Shown here piece after piece: positions 48,410-59,006 of a stretch of 64,000 nucleotides of DNA. The DNA is from Clostridia bacterium. Its GTDB lineage: Bacteria; Bacillota; Clostridia; Christensenellales; UBA1242. A program made the position numbers and the translations under genes. The notes below the pieces were generated by a model. The model made no database searches. It was given only the letters and a program-made list of their open reading frames with translations, and was not told where the DNA came from. Location: the NCBI GenBank assembly GCA_900767835.1, contig CAAGAO010000016.1, positions 7,339-71,338 of the forward strand, read 5' to 3'. Within the stretch, counting starts at the first letter, position 1, and the number at the start of each line of letters is the position of its first letter.

Positions 48410-50785
48410 TTAACCTTTTAGTTTTAAACCAATTTGTTCCATATGTTGCAAAAGTCGCATATTAAATATTTCAATATCTTTTGCTGACAAAGTTTTATCT
48501 AAAGCACAAATATTAAACTTAAATGTCCAACTTGCATAATCTCCTAACTCTTTGCTTTCATATATATCAGTCAATTTGTAAGTCCAAATAAGTTTTGCTC
48601 TAAAATTATTTAAGTGATTTTCAATTTCAGCATATTTAGTAGTTTTTGGAACTAAGAAACTATAATCAAGATTAACATCTTGGAATTTACTTACTTTTTT
48701 AATTTTGTTTTTATAGTTTTGTGCTTGCAATAATTCATTTGTATTTAATTCTAACACTGCAATATTGAATCTTTTATCAATAGCCAATTTTACACTAGGA
48801 TGTAAAACACCAAAATAGCCAATATTTTTATTTTCAGCGTAAATGTTAGTGCTATTAACCGGGTGCATATAGTTTGGTAAGGCATCAATTTTCCCAATAC
48901 TGATTTGTTTGCCATAAATGTTTTGAGCAATATCCATTAAAACTTCTTTTAGGCTAAAATATAGTTTTTCATTTGATAAAGTTTGACTTGCTAAACAAAT
49001 TGATAGGTGAGGTTCTTCAATCGCTAAGTTGCTATCATCTAAACCTGCAACAACTCTTCCTATTTCAAAAATTTGTATGTCTGAATAACTGTTTCTATTT
49101 TCTTCCATAAATTTTAATAGAGTAGGAGCGAGCAAAGATCTAATACCGGATTGACCGGCATTTGAATCATCTACTAAACTAACATATGATTTTTGTTCTA
49201 TACCAACACTCTTGTTAAAATCAACAAAATTCCATAAATATGAGTGAACTTCATTCATACCATACTTTTCAGCCAAAATGTATTTTGTTTGATATTCATT
49301 ATTGTGTGCTTCGTTTTGTTCTATTGATTTAACTTCCATAGAGATAGGTTCTGGTTTTATATTGTCATATCCGTACGAACGAGCAATTTCTTCAACCAAA
49401 TCTTCTCTTAAAGAAATATCTTTTGTTGCTCTATAAGAAGGAACTTTTACTTTTAACATATCATTTTTTAAATCAACAACAAAACCTAACTTTGTTAAAA
49501 TGTTTGTTATATCATCATTTGTAACATTAACACCTATACGTTTTGAAACAAAATCTGCTGTTATATCAATTTCGCATTCAGGGTATTTTTTTGTGTATAC
49601 ATCAGTAAGTGAAGAAACAACCTTTACACCATTATCTTGTTCTTGTAGCAGTTTTACAAATCTAGCAATGGCAAGAGTAGTCATTTCTGGATCTAATGAC
49701 TTTTCATACCTTTGACTAGCATCGGTTTTTAAACCAATTTTAGTTGATGTAATTCTAATTGCTTTTGAATCAAAGCAAGCACTTTCAAGCAATAAACTGT
49801 TTGAATCATCAGTTATTCCGGATAATTTTCCACCTTTAATACCAGCAATAGCAACAGGTTTATTATTACTATCGCAAATAACGGTTGAGCCTTCTGGAAT
49901 GTCGTGTTCTTCGCCTTCTAATGTTAAAAGTTTAGTACCTTTTGTTGCGGTATTGACATTAATTCCTTTAACAATGTTTTTATCAAAAGTATGCATTGGT
50001 TGACCAAGTTCTAGCATAATATAGTTGGCAAGATCGGTGAGTAGATTAATATCTCTCATACCGCAGTAGTTTAGTCTAATTTTCATTTGTTGGTTGCTTA
50101 CTTTTCTAGTAACATTGTCAACTGCAAGAGAAGAATATCTAAAACAATTTTCGCTATTAACATTAATATTTAATTTTGGTAGGTTATTATATTCAACCAA
50201 AGAAACAACATCTAATGGTTTTAATTCTCTATTAAACATAGCGGCAAATTCTCTTGCAAGACCATAATGTCCCCATAGGTCTGGGCGGTTAGTTAATGAC
50301 TTATTATCAACTTCAAAAACTATATCATCCATAGGAAAAACAGTCTTAATATCAGCACCCAATGTAACAGGGAAGGTTATATCCATAATACCGGAACTAT
50401 CAGAGCCTATTCCTAATTCTACCTCACTGCAACACATACCAAAACTTTCTACTCCTGCAAGTTTTGCTTTTGTCATTTTATGCCCAGCAACTTTGCTTCC
50501 GATAGGTGCAAGGCAAACAACCATATTTTCTCTTACATTTGGAGCACCGCAAACTATTTGCAAAACTTCTGTTCCGGTATTAACTGCCAAAATATGCAAG
50601 TGATCGCTATTAGGGTGATTTTCTACTTTTTCAATTTTAGCAAAAATTACACCGGTAGTTTCTAGTCCCTTATGCTCGTAGCCTTCAATTTCGGCTGTTG
50701 TTAAATTAAATTTTTTCATTAATTTTTCTGGCTCAATACCATCAAGATTAACAAAATCTTTTATCCAATTCATTGAAATATACAT
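48410..50785 (-). CDS. pheT: Phenylalanine--tRNA ligase beta subunit
   Basis: MYISMNWIKDFV N-terminus, tRNA-binding, B3/4, B5 and FDX-ACB domains. 791 aa. SD aaggag. Confidence 0.97.
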   Translation of the reverse strand: MYISMNWIKDFVNLDGIEPEKLMKKFNLTTAEIEGYEHKGLETTGVIFAKIEKVENHPNSDHLHILAVNTGTEVLQIVCGAPNVRENMVVCLAPIGSKVAGHKMTKAKLAGVESFGMCCSEVELGIGSDSSGIMDITFPVTLGADIKTVFPMDDIVFEVDNKSLTNRPDLWGHYGLAREFAAMFNRELKPLDVVSLVEYNNLPKLNINVNSENCFRYSSLAVDNVTRKVSNQQMKIRLNYCGMRDINLLTDLANYIMLELGQPMHTFDKNIVKGINVNTATKGTKLLTLEGEEHDIPEGSTVICDSNNKPVAIAGIKGGKLSGITDDSNSLLLESACFDSKAIRITSTKIGLKTDASQRYEKSLDPEMTTLAIARFVKLLQEQDNGVKVVSSLTDVYTKKYPECEIDITADFVSKRIGVNVTNDDITNILTKLGFVVDLKNDMLKVKVPSYRATKDISLREDLVEEIARSYGYDNIKPEPISMEVKSIEQNEAHNNEYQTKYILAEKYGMNEVHSYLWNFVDFNKSVGIEQKSYVSLVDDSNAGQSGIRSLLAPTLLKFMEENRNSYSDIQIFEIGRVVAGLDDSNLAIEEPHLSICLASQTLSNEKLYFSLKEVLMDIAQNIYGKQISIGKIDALPNYMHPVNSTNIYAENKNIGYFGVLHPSVKLAIDKRFNIAVLELNTNELLQAQNYKNKIKKVSKFQDVNLDYSFLVPKTTKYAEIENHLNNFRAKLIWTYKLTDIYESKELGDYASWTFKFNICALDKTLSAKDIEIFNMRLLQHMEQIGLKLKG

Positions 50786-50796
50786 ATTTTTTCTCC

Positions 50797-51825
50797 TTAC
50801 GCCTTAACACCAAATTGGCTTAACACTTTTAAATTGCCACTATTTAAATATCTAATATCATCTAAACCTGTTTTTAACATAACTAGTCTATCAAAACCTA
50901 ATCCAAAGGCAAATCCACTATATTCATTTGGGTCATAGCCTGCAAGTTTAAATACATTTGGATGAATCATACCACAAGGGCATAACTCTAGCCAGCCAGA
51001 ATTTTTGCAAGTAGGACAGCCTTTGCCTCCACAGAAAGTGCAAGTTGCATCCATTTCAAATCCAGGTTCAACAAAAGGGAAGAAACCGGGGCGAAGGCGA
51101 ATGTTTATATCTGTCTTAAAAACTTCTGACAACATTTTTTTCATAAAATATATTAAATTTGCCACTGAAACATTTTTATCAACAAGCATTCCTTCAATTT
51201 GGAAGAAAGTGTTTTCGTGTGAATGGTCAAGCGCTTCGTTTCTAAAACATCTACCGGGGAAGATTGCTTTTAAAGGTCCATTATATTTTCTAAGTATTTT
51301 ATTTTGTGCTGCTGATGTTTGTGTTTTTAAAAGTTCGCCATTATCAAGCCAGAAAGTATCTTGCATATCTCTTGCTGGGTGATTTTTAGGCACATTTACA
51401 GCATCAAAATTGTTATATTCCGTTTCAATTTCATTGCCATCTTCAACAGTAAATCCCATAGACACAAACACATCTTCAATTTCTTTTGCAAGTGTAGTTC
51501 TTGGATGCAAAGAGCCTTTTTTATCGTTTGTAGGTAAGGTAATATCTATTACTTTTTCATTGGCAATTTCTCTTTGTATTTTTTCATTTTCTAGTTTTTC
51601 TTTTAAGCTAGCCAAAGCATCTTCAATTTTGTTTTTGATTTGGTTAATGCTTTGTCCAAACTCTTTTCTTTTTTCGGCTACAATATCTCTTATTTTAGAC
51701 ATAGCATTAGTAACTTTACCTTTTTTGCCTAAATATGAAACCCTTATTTCATCTAATTGTTTTGTGTCTTTTACATTTTGTAGTTCGGTATCAAACTCTT
51801 GTTCAATTACTTTTATTTCGTCCAT
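50797..51825 (-). CDS. pheS: Phenylalanine--tRNA ligase alpha subunit
   Basis: HPARDMQDTFW, FPGRCFRNE, GFAFGLGFDRL class II motifs. SD aaaggag upstream of ATG 51825. Confidence 0.97.
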   Translation of the reverse strand: MDEIKVIEQEFDTELQNVKDTKQLDEIRVSYLGKKGKVTNAMSKIRDIVAEKRKEFGQSINQIKNKIEDALASLKEKLENEKIQREIANEKVIDITLPTNDKKGSLHPRTTLAKEIEDVFVSMGFTVEDGNEIETEYNNFDAVNVPKNHPARDMQDTFWLDNGELLKTQTSAAQNKILRKYNGPLKAIFPGRCFRNEALDHSHENTFFQIEGMLVDKNVSVANLIYFMKKMLSEVFKTDINIRLRPGFFPFVEPGFEMDATCTFCGGKGCPTCKNSGWLELCPCGMIHPNVFKLAGYDPNEYSGFAFGLGFDRLVMLKTGLDDIRYLNSGNLKVLSQFGVKA

Positions 51826-51844
51826 TTTTACTCCTTTTGTGTAC

Positions 51845-52077
51845 AAAAAAGCCCTATTAGATTACTCTAATAGGGCATTATATTGACTTAACGCTGTACC
51901 ACCTATTTTTTAACTCATTACATTTATACGGTTTTGTCCGGCTTTTCTTTTTAACGAAAAGCAACTCCAATGCTGAAATTCGCTAACTAATTGAACATAA
52001 GTGGCTTTCAGTCAGTGGCACACTCTCCCTAGAATGAAATTAGTCAACTACTATACACATCTTCATAGTTTTTACTG
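51845..52077 (-). promoter_or_regulatory. T-box riboswitch leader (Phe specifier) controlling pheST
   Basis: Minus strand: AGGGAGAGTG...GAAAG stem I elements. Specifier loop GCGAAUUUCAGC (UUC at 51975-51977). T-box AGGTGGTACAGCG (51891-51904). Terminator gccctattag...ctaatagggc followed by a T run (51845-51876). Confidence 0.85.
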
Positions 52078-52083
52078 ATTATT

Positions 52084-52112
52084 AATTTAACACTATAAAA
52101 ACTATTTGTCAA
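52084..52112 (-). promoter_or_regulatory. Sigma-A promoter of the pheST leader
   Basis: Minus strand: TTGACA, 17 nt, TAAATT. Confidence 0.5.
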
Positions 52113-52147
52113 ACCTTATTTTAAAAAATATTTACATTTATTGTTAA

Positions 52148-52176
52148 TTGACATTTTTAACATAAAGTGCTAAGTT
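52148..52176 (+). promoter_or_regulatory. Candidate sigma-A promoter placed for a leaderless nifZ-thiI mRNA
   Basis: TTGACA, 17 nt, TAAGTT. The -10 ends 7 nt before ATG 52184 and there is no SD. Confidence 0.4.
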
Positions 52177-52183
52177 ATTTATT

Positions 52184-53305
52184 ATGATTTATTTAGACAA
52201 TTCAGCAACAACACCAATGGATATTGAGGCAAGTAAAGTGTATGAAGAATATGCTTGCCGTAATTTTTTTAATCCATCTGCCATTTATGATAAGGCACTT
52301 TGTATTAGTAAGGATATAGAAAGTGCAAAAGAAACAATAGCAAAAGCCTTAGGAACTACATTTAGTGATAATATAATCTTTACAGGAAGTGCAACCGAAG
52401 CAAACAATATGGCAATTAGAGGCGCATATAGAAAAAACTTCGGCAAAATGATTTTTTCTATGGGAGAACATCCATCTGTATATAATGTTGCATTGGAACT
52501 GAGAAAACAAGGTATAAAGGTTGACTTTGTAAACCTACAAAAAAATGGAGAAATAGATTATGTTGACTTAGAAAACAAACTAGATGATTCTGTTTCATTT
52601 ATATCCATTATGCTTTGCAGTAATGAAACTGGTGCAATTAACGATTTAAAAAGAATATCCGAATTAAAAAATAAATATTGTCCTAAAGCAATATTTCATA
52701 GTGATGGTGTGCAAGCATTTGGTAAAATTAAAATAAATGTAGATTATTTCGGTGTAGATTTATTTACTATCAGTGCTCACAAAGCATTCGGTCCAAAAGG
52801 TGTTGGAGCATTATATGTTAGGAATAAAAATATATTGAATCCAATAGTTTATGGTGGTGGACAAGAATACAACTTACGTTCAGGAACGGAAAATGTCGCT
52901 GGAATTATGGCTTTTAAAAAGGCTGTTGAAAATATAGGCAACATCAAAGATAGTTATACACACACACAAGCGTGTTTTGACACATTCCTAAAACAAATAG
53001 ATTTAACCAATGTTAAAGTTAATTCATCTGGTAGTCCTTATGTTTTATCGCTTAGTTTTTTAGGAGTGAACGGAGAAACACTTGTTCATATGATGGAACA
53101 ACAAGGCATTTATATTTCCCGAGGGAGTGCATGTTCGGCAAGAAAAGCAGGCAATAGAATACTAGAAAATATAGGTCTTACACCCGAATATATACTTGGT
53201 AGCGTTAGAGTAAGTTTCAGTAAATATACTACCATTTCAGATGCTGAAATAGCAGGACAAACGTTAAATAATTGTTATAAAAATTTAAAGGAAAAATTAA
53301 AATGA
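52184..53305 (+). CDS. nifZ: Cysteine desulfurase partnered with ThiI (NifZ/IscS-like)
   Basis: IYLDNSATTP, SAHKAFGPKG, SRGSACSA active-site loop. Overlaps the thiI start. Confidence 0.9.
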   Translation: MIYLDNSATTPMDIEASKVYEEYACRNFFNPSAIYDKALCISKDIESAKETIAKALGTTFSDNIIFTGSATEANNMAIRGAYRKNFGKMIFSMGEHPSVYNVALELRKQGIKVDFVNLQKNGEIDYVDLENKLDDSVSFISIMLCSNETGAINDLKRISELKNKYCPKAIFHSDGVQAFGKIKINVDYFGVDLFTISAHKAFGPKGVGALYVRNKNILNPIVYGGGQEYNLRSGTENVAGIMAFKKAVENIGNIKDSYTHTQACFDTFLKQIDLTNVKVNSSGSPYVLSLSFLGVNGETLVHMMEQQGIYISRGSACSARKAGNRILENIGLTPEYILGSVRVSFSKYTTISDAEIAGQTLNNCYKNLKEKLK

Positions 53306-54456
53306 GAAAAGTAATTTTACTTCGCTTTGGCGAAATATATTTAAAAGGTAAAAATAAAGGTTATTTCGAAAGAGTATTGCTAAATAATATTAAACATAGC
53401 CTTAATGATTATGATTGCAAAATTGTAAAAATATCAGGAAGGTATTTGGTAACTGATTTTGATGAAATGGATTTAACATCAATTATAAATAAACTTTCAA
53501 AAGTGTTTGGATTAACATCATTAAGCATAGCAACAGAGTTTGAAACATCAAAAGAGAATATAGAAAACTACCTAAAAGAATTTAAAACCAACGCCACAAA
53601 TTTTAGGGTATCGGTAAAAAGAGCAGACAAGACTTTTCCTATTGCATCTAATGAATATGAAAAAGAGTTGGGTGGCATTGTGCTTGAAAACAATCCTCAT
53701 TTAAAAGTATGCTTAAAACACCCAGAACTTGAAATTGTTGTTGAAATTAGAGAAAATAAAAAGACCTATATTTTAACAGAATCTATACCATGTGCTGGTG
53801 GAATGCCAGTTGGAACAGCAGGAACAGGACTTTTAATGCTTAGTGGCGGAATAGATAGTCCTGTTGCTGGCTATATGATGGCAAAGAGGGGATTAAGTTT
53901 AATAGGTTTGCATTTCCATAGTTTTCCATATACAAGTGCTCAGGCAAAAGAAAAAGTTTGTAAACTAGCAAAACTATTGACTGACTATTCTGGCAAAATA
54001 AAATTAATATGTTGTCCATTTACTGAAATACAAGAAGAAATACATAAGCATTGTGCTCCAGAATTTATGATAACAATTATGCGTAGAATAATGATGCGTA
54101 TAGCAAAACTATGCTGTGATAAGTTTGGTGCAAAAGCAATAATTACCGGTGAAAGTTTAGGGCAAGTAGCAAGCCAAACTATAGAAAGTATTAATGTGAC
54201 CAACGAAGCACAAACTACTTATCCTGTATTTAGACCTTGTATAGGTATGGATAAAGTAGAAATTATAGATATATCTCAAAAAATTGGCACTTTTGAAACT
54301 TCAATTTTACCATATGAAGATTGTTGTACAGTATTTTTACCTAAAAATCCAGTAATTAAACCTCATTTAGAAAAAACAAAAAAAGAAGAAAGTAGGTTAG
54401 ATATTGAATTCTTAATAGAAAAAGCAATGAACAATTTAGAAATTATAGAAATTTAA
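53302..54456 (+). CDS. thiI: tRNA 4-thiouridine synthase ThiI
   Basis: THUMP N-terminal half, PP-loop LSGGIDSPVA. Confidence 0.95.
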   Translation: MRKVILLRFGEIYLKGKNKGYFERVLLNNIKHSLNDYDCKIVKISGRYLVTDFDEMDLTSIINKLSKVFGLTSLSIATEFETSKENIENYLKEFKTNATNFRVSVKRADKTFPIASNEYEKELGGIVLENNPHLKVCLKHPELEIVVEIRENKKTYILTESIPCAGGMPVGTAGTGLLMLSGGIDSPVAGYMMAKRGLSLIGLHFHSFPYTSAQAKEKVCKLAKLLTDYSGKIKLICCPFTEIQEEIHKHCAPEFMITIMRRIMMRIAKLCCDKFGAKAIITGESLGQVASQTIESINVTNEAQTTYPVFRPCIGMDKVEIIDISQKIGTFETSILPYEDCCTVFLPKNPVIKPHLEKTKKEESRLDIEFLIEKAMNNLEIIEI

Positions 54457-54463
54457 CGTTATT

Positions 54464-54500
54464 AGTTAATTCCATATAAAAGTGGAATTAACTTTTTTTT
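54464..54500 (+). terminator. Rho-independent terminator
   Basis: agttaattcca / tggaattaact stem, TTTTTTTT. Confidence 0.8.
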
Positions 54501-54638
54501 GCTAATAATTGTTATTTTCTTAATTTAGTTGACTAATAAATGAAAATATTGCTAATATATAAGTAGCATTTAATATGCAAAAATGAAACGAAGCAATTCT
54601 CCTTGTCAAACAAAAATATATAAAAAGGGGAATTAAAA

Positions 54639-56222
54639 ATGTACATTGGAATAATGTGTGCTAGTGTTGTTACTTTAGTATTAGTTTCAATAGGTACTTT
54701 AATAATTGGTTTAGTAGTAGGTTATTGGCTTTTTAATATATTGGTTTCTAAAAAGATTAATAAAAATAAAACGGCAGCCTTAAAAATTATTGAAGATGCC
54801 TATGCAGAAGCAAAAACAATAAAAAAAGAAGCAACTCTAGAAGCAAAAGACGAAGCACAAAAATTAAAAGATGAAGCAACTAAAGACATTAACTTTAGAC
54901 GCGAAGAACTCAAAAAGAGTGAAGAACGAATCGCTCAAAAAGAAGATTTTATCGACAAGAAAGATTTATACTTGGATAAAAAACAACAAGAAATTGATGA
55001 TAAACAAAAAAAATTGGACGATAAAACCTTAGAATTAGAAAAACAACTCGAACAACAACAAAAAGTTAAACAAGATATGCTTGTAGAACTTGAAAAAGTA
55101 TCTTTGATGACTAAAGACGAAGCAAAACAAGTATTAGTAAACTCAATGACCGAAGATGCTAGACATGAAGCCGCAAAAATGGTCAAACAAATAGAAGATG
55201 ATGCTAAAGAAAACGCAAGAAAAGAAGCACAAAATATTGTAAGTCTTGCAATACAAAAATGTGCTACAGATATGGTTGCTGAAGCAACAATTTCTAGCGT
55301 TTCTATTCCAAGTGAGGATATGAAAGGCAGAATCATAGGTCGTGAAGGACGTAATATTAGAGCAATAGAAAGTGCAACAGGAGTTGATTTAATTGTTGAC
55401 GATACTCCAGAAACAATAACAATTTCTTGCTTTGACCCAATTAGAAGAGAAGTTGCTAGATTGTCACTTGAAAAACTCATTATGGATGGTAGAATACACC
55501 CAACACGCATTGAAGAAATAGTTGAAAAAGTTAAACGTGATTTAGATATTCAAATTAAAGAAGCAGGCGAACAAGCAGTAAATGACGCAGGAGTATATGG
55601 TTTGCATCCAGAATTAGTTAAAGTTTTAGGCAGATTAAAATTTAGAACTAGTTATGGTCAAAATGTATTAAAACATAGTCTGGAAACTTGCTACATCGCT
55701 GGTTTACTTGCAGCCGAAGTTGGTGCCGATATAAAAATTGCAAAACGTGGTGGATTGCTACACGATATTGGTAAAGCATTAGACCAAGAAGTTGAAGGTA
55801 CACACGTACAAATTGGTGTTGATTTGGCTAAAAAATATAAAGAAAGTCCAGCGGTTATTCACTGCATTGAAGCGCATCACTTTAATGTTGAATTTAAAAG
55901 TATTGAAGCAATTCTTGTTCAAGTCGCAGATGCAATATCCAGTGCAAGACCAGGGGCAAGACGCGAAACTATGGAAACATATGTTAAACGTTTAGAACAA
56001 CTTGAAAGCATTGCTAATGAATTTAAAGGTGTTGAAAAATCATTTGCCATTCAAGCAGGCAGAGAAGTAAGAATCATAGTAAAACCAGAACAAATTTCTG
56101 ATGAAGATGCTATGTTTATGGCAAAAGACATTGCTAAAAAGATTGAGGACCAAATGGAATACCCAGGTCAAATTAAAGTTAATGTCATTCGTGAATCAAG
56201 ATTTACAGAAACTGCTAAATAA
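54639..56222 (+). CDS. rny: Ribonuclease Y
   Basis: N-terminal TM, coiled coil, KH ([12 protein letters not shown]), HD domain (GLLHDIGK). Confidence 0.97.
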   Translation: MYIGIMCASVVTLVLVSIGTLIIGLVVGYWLFNILVSKKINKNKTAALKIIEDAYAEAKTIKKEATLEAKDEAQKLKDEATKDINFRREELKKSEERIAQKEDFIDKKDLYLDKKQQEIDDKQKKLDDKTLELEKQLEQQQKVKQDMLVELEKVSLMTKDEAKQVLVNSMTEDARHEAAKMVKQIEDDAKENARKEAQNIVSLAIQKCATDMVAEATISSVSIPSEDMKGRIIGREGRNIRAIESATGVDLIVDDTPETITISCFDPIRREVARLSLEKLIMDGRIHPTRIEEIVEKVKRDLDIQIKEAGEQAVNDAGVYGLHPELVKVLGRLKFRTSYGQNVLKHSLETCYIAGLLAAEVGADIKIAKRGGLLHDIGKALDQEVEGTHVQIGVDLAKKYKESPAVIHCIEAHHFNVEFKSIEAILVQVADAISSARPGARRETMETYVKRLEQLESIANEFKGVEKSFAIQAGREVRIIVKPEQISDEDAMFMAKDIAKKIEDQMEYPGQIKVNVIRESRFTETAK

Positions 56223-56246
56223 TATCATCACTAATTGGAATAAAAA

Positions 56247-56287
56247 TGGAGCAGATTTACAACTTAAATTTTGCTCTGTTTTTTTTA
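56247..56287 (+). terminator. Probable terminator after rny
   Basis: ggagca / tgctct stem followed by TTTTTTTT. Confidence 0.45.
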
Positions 56288-56367
56288 CTTTTAATGTATA
56301 TTTTTTTGTTAATTCTAAAAGCAAACCCAAACCTTCATGTGATTTTTGCGAAAAAGTAAATTACCTA

Positions 56368-56396
56368 TTGATTTTTTTACGGATATTTGGTATTAT
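56368..56396 (+). promoter_or_regulatory. Candidate sigma-A promoter upstream of the Nudix gene
   Basis: TTGATT, 17 nt, TATTAT. It would give a ~150-nt leader. Confidence 0.4.
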
Positions 56397-56556
56397 GATT
56401 ATACAAATATTCGCTCATTCCGTTTGTTTAAGTTGGAAGATTAAGTTCTTAAGAATGGCAAATTTAATACAACAATAATTCAGCTGTGTTATTTTTGTAG
56501 TTTTAAGGAGGTTTTAATTTAACAGCTTAAACAAATTTTTTTAAGGAGAAAAATAT

Positions 56557-57063
56557 ATGGAAAATTTGAGAACAATAAGAGCGACACTTGCTCTATTTAT
56601 GAACGAAAACAAAATACTACTTGGTGAAAAGAAAAGAGGTTTTGCTAAAGGTACTTTAAATGGTATTGGTGGTAAACAAGATATGGGAGAAACCATTGAA
56701 CAAGCAATGATACGTGAATGTCAAGAAGAAGTATGTGCAACTCCTACAGAGTATGAACAAGTTGGCAGAATAGATTTTGATATGTGGTATAAAGGCGAAC
56801 ACGCAAATATGGAAATGTATATTTATAAATGCTATAAATATGATGGTGAAATAAAAGAAACAGAAGAGATAATACCTAATTGGTATAACATAAACGAAAT
56901 TCCTTTCAATAGAATGCTTGCTGATGATTTATTATGGATACCTTATGTTTTAAAAGGTAAAAAGGTTATGGGTAAGGTTAAATTTGATGAAAATATGAAA
57001 ATGCTATACCATAACATTGTGCCTGTTGATGTAATAAAAGACGATGAAATTAGTAAGTTATAA
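56557..57063 (+). CDS. Nudix hydrolase (MutT-like)
   Basis: Nudix box GGKQDMGETIEQAMIRECQEEV. SD aaggag. Confidence 0.85.
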   Translation: MENLRTIRATLALFMNENKILLGEKKRGFAKGTLNGIGGKQDMGETIEQAMIRECQEEVCATPTEYEQVGRIDFDMWYKGEHANMEMYIYKCYKYDGEIKETEEIIPNWYNINEIPFNRMLADDLLWIPYVLKGKKVMGKVKFDENMKMLYHNIVPVDVIKDDEISKL

Positions 57064-57152
57064 TATTTATCACAATGAATGCTTTAAAAGTTACACAAGT
57101 AAAACATTTTACTTTAAAACTATAATGCTATAAATAAATCATAATTGAATGT

Positions 57153-57201
57153 AAAAAAACAAGACAAATTTGTACTATGACACGTTTTGTCTTGTTTTTT
57201 T
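57153..57201. terminator. Bidirectional terminator between the Nudix and SDR genes
   Basis: aaacaagacaaa / tttgtcttgttt, 12-bp stem flanked by A and T runs. Confidence 0.75.
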
Positions 57202-57268
57202 CTTGTTAAGCTTTATTTTTTCAATTATTGTTTGTTAATAAGCATTATTTAGTACATGAATAAGTTAT

Positions 57269-58003
57269 TTAATTAGCAAAACCACCATCAACTTGTATGA
57301 TTTGCCCTGTTATATAACTTGCTTGTTCACTTGCTAAAAATAATACTGAATTTGAAATATCTTTTGATGTCGCAAATCTTCCTAATGGTATCTCGTTTAG
57401 TAAATCATTTTTTTCATCATTCGATAAATGATTTAACATTTTGGTATCAACAACTCCAGGTGCCACACAATTAACTAATATGTTAGAGTATGCCAACTCT
57501 TTTGCCAATGCTTTTGTAAATGCGATAATTCCACCTTTTGTTGCTGAATACACTGTTTCTCCAGAAGCACCACAAATACCCCAAATTGATGATATATTTA
57601 TAATTCTACCATAGTTTTGTTTTATCATTTGTTTTGTAACACTCTTACTACAAATGATAGTACCTAAAAGATTAGTATTTAATTGGTTGCATATTGAGGA
57701 TAATGTTTCGTCAATTAAAATATTATAACTGCATACACCAGCATTGTTGATTAAAACATCTATATGACCATAAACGTCTATAATATATTTTACCATATTT
57801 TCAACTTGTTCTTCGTTTGACACATCTGCTTTATATGAAATTGCATTATGTCCCATTGCACATAATTCATTCGCTAAATCTATTGCATTTTGTTCTGATT
57901 TATTATAATTAATTACAACACAATAATTTTCATTTGCAAAATCTTTTGCAAGTTCCATACCAATGCCATTTGATGCACCTGTTATTAATACTACTTTTTT
58001 CAT
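57269..58003 (-). CDS. Short-chain dehydrogenase/reductase, FabG-like
   Basis: TGASNGIG, NNAG, YSATKGG (YxxxK). Confidence 0.88.
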   Translation of the reverse strand: MKKVVLITGASNGIGMELAKDFANENYCVVINYNKSEQNAIDLANELCAMGHNAISYKADVSNEEQVENMVKYIIDVYGHIDVLINNAGVCSYNILIDETLSSICNQLNTNLLGTIICSKSVTKQMIKQNYGRIINISSIWGICGASGETVYSATKGGIIAFTKALAKELAYSNILVNCVAPGVVDTKMLNHLSNDEKNDLLNEIPLGRFATSKDISNSVLFLASEQASYITGQIIQVDGGFAN

Positions 58004-58195
58004 AATTATATTATAACACACTTTATTATTTTTTGTATCATTAATTTTCGTACAAAATCATATTTTTCTTTTATAAATTATGTATCTTAAAAAGCACTAA
58101 AATCGTTATAAGTATGAATTATTACTAATTATATACATTGACAAAAGAGTATAGATTATGTTATTCTATAAATAAATTAAGGGGGATAATTGTAA

Positions 58196-58765
58196 ATGGA
58201 TATTAAACAAAAAAGAAGTATTTTGTCTGCCGTCTTTAAACTATTTGCTTTAATGGTTTTAATTTCAATAGGTTGGGTAGGGTATTACTCAATAAATGCA
58301 ATTATAAAAAATGAAGGATATTTATGGTTAAACATAACACTTCTTGCTCTAGATTTCTTTTTAGCCATATGTTATTTGGCAATGCTTGGAAAAGTTAAAA
58401 AAATTAAAAATCTTTTTAGTAATTCAAAATTTTTATTCTTTGTATTATTTATAACCTTTGTTGGAATTGTTGTAGGTATTTTCTTTATGTATTACAAAGG
58501 CTATACATTATCTACAGGTTATTATTTAACAATTGGTATTTTATTGGTTGAAGAACTATTTGTCTTGTTTATGCTTTTTACAGGTTTGTCTATAATTAAG
58601 TTATATAAAAACACAACAATTACAATTGATAATACTTCTGAAGTACCAAACTATGATGATGAGTTGATGCTTAAAAAGAAAAGAGATGAATTAAATAGAA
58701 AGTTAGAGATGAAGAAAGTTACTGAAGAAATAGAATCTATAAAAAAAGAATTGGGCGAGGAATAA
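58196..58765 (+). CDS. Hypothetical 4-TM membrane protein with a charged C-terminal helix
   Basis: SD aaggggg upstream. Hydrophobic helices. A terminator follows. Confidence 0.6.
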   Translation: MDIKQKRSILSAVFKLFALMVLISIGWVGYYSINAIIKNEGYLWLNITLLALDFFLAICYLAMLGKVKKIKNLFSNSKFLFFVLFITFVGIVVGIFFMYYKGYTLSTGYYLTIGILLVEELFVLFMLFTGLSIIKLYKNTTITIDNTSEVPNYDDELMLKKKRDELNRKLEMKKVTEEIESIKKELGEE

Positions 58766-58791
58766 TTAAAATTTATTTCTTCATTGAATTT

Positions 58792-58842
58792 AAAAAAAAC
58801 TGTGCTAAAGGTTATTTATCATAACCTAGCACATTTTTTTTG
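58792..58842 (+). terminator. Rho-independent terminator
   Basis: tgtgctaaaggttat / ataacctagcaca stem, TTTTTTTT. Confidence 0.75.
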
Positions 58843-59006
58843 TCTCTTTTTCAACAAATAAGGTTAATAATTTTGGTATGTTTTAATATTATTGTGTGTT
58901 CTCTTAGAAAGTCTATGCCTTTGAAGAGTTTTTCAAATCTTTTTTACGACTCATTAAAATATTATAGAAACATTTTAAAAAATAATTCAAATTAGTGTAA
59001 AGTTTA

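Noticed and set aside
56344-56352. Fifth copy of TTTTGCGAA, 3.7 kb from the recombinase locus
   Set aside because: It is a single 9-mer with non-matching flanks, consistent with the roughly one chance occurrence expected in the window.
56101-56478. 125-aa ORF overlapping the rny 3' end
   Set aside because: It runs through the rny coding end, its terminator and the next promoter, and has no SD.
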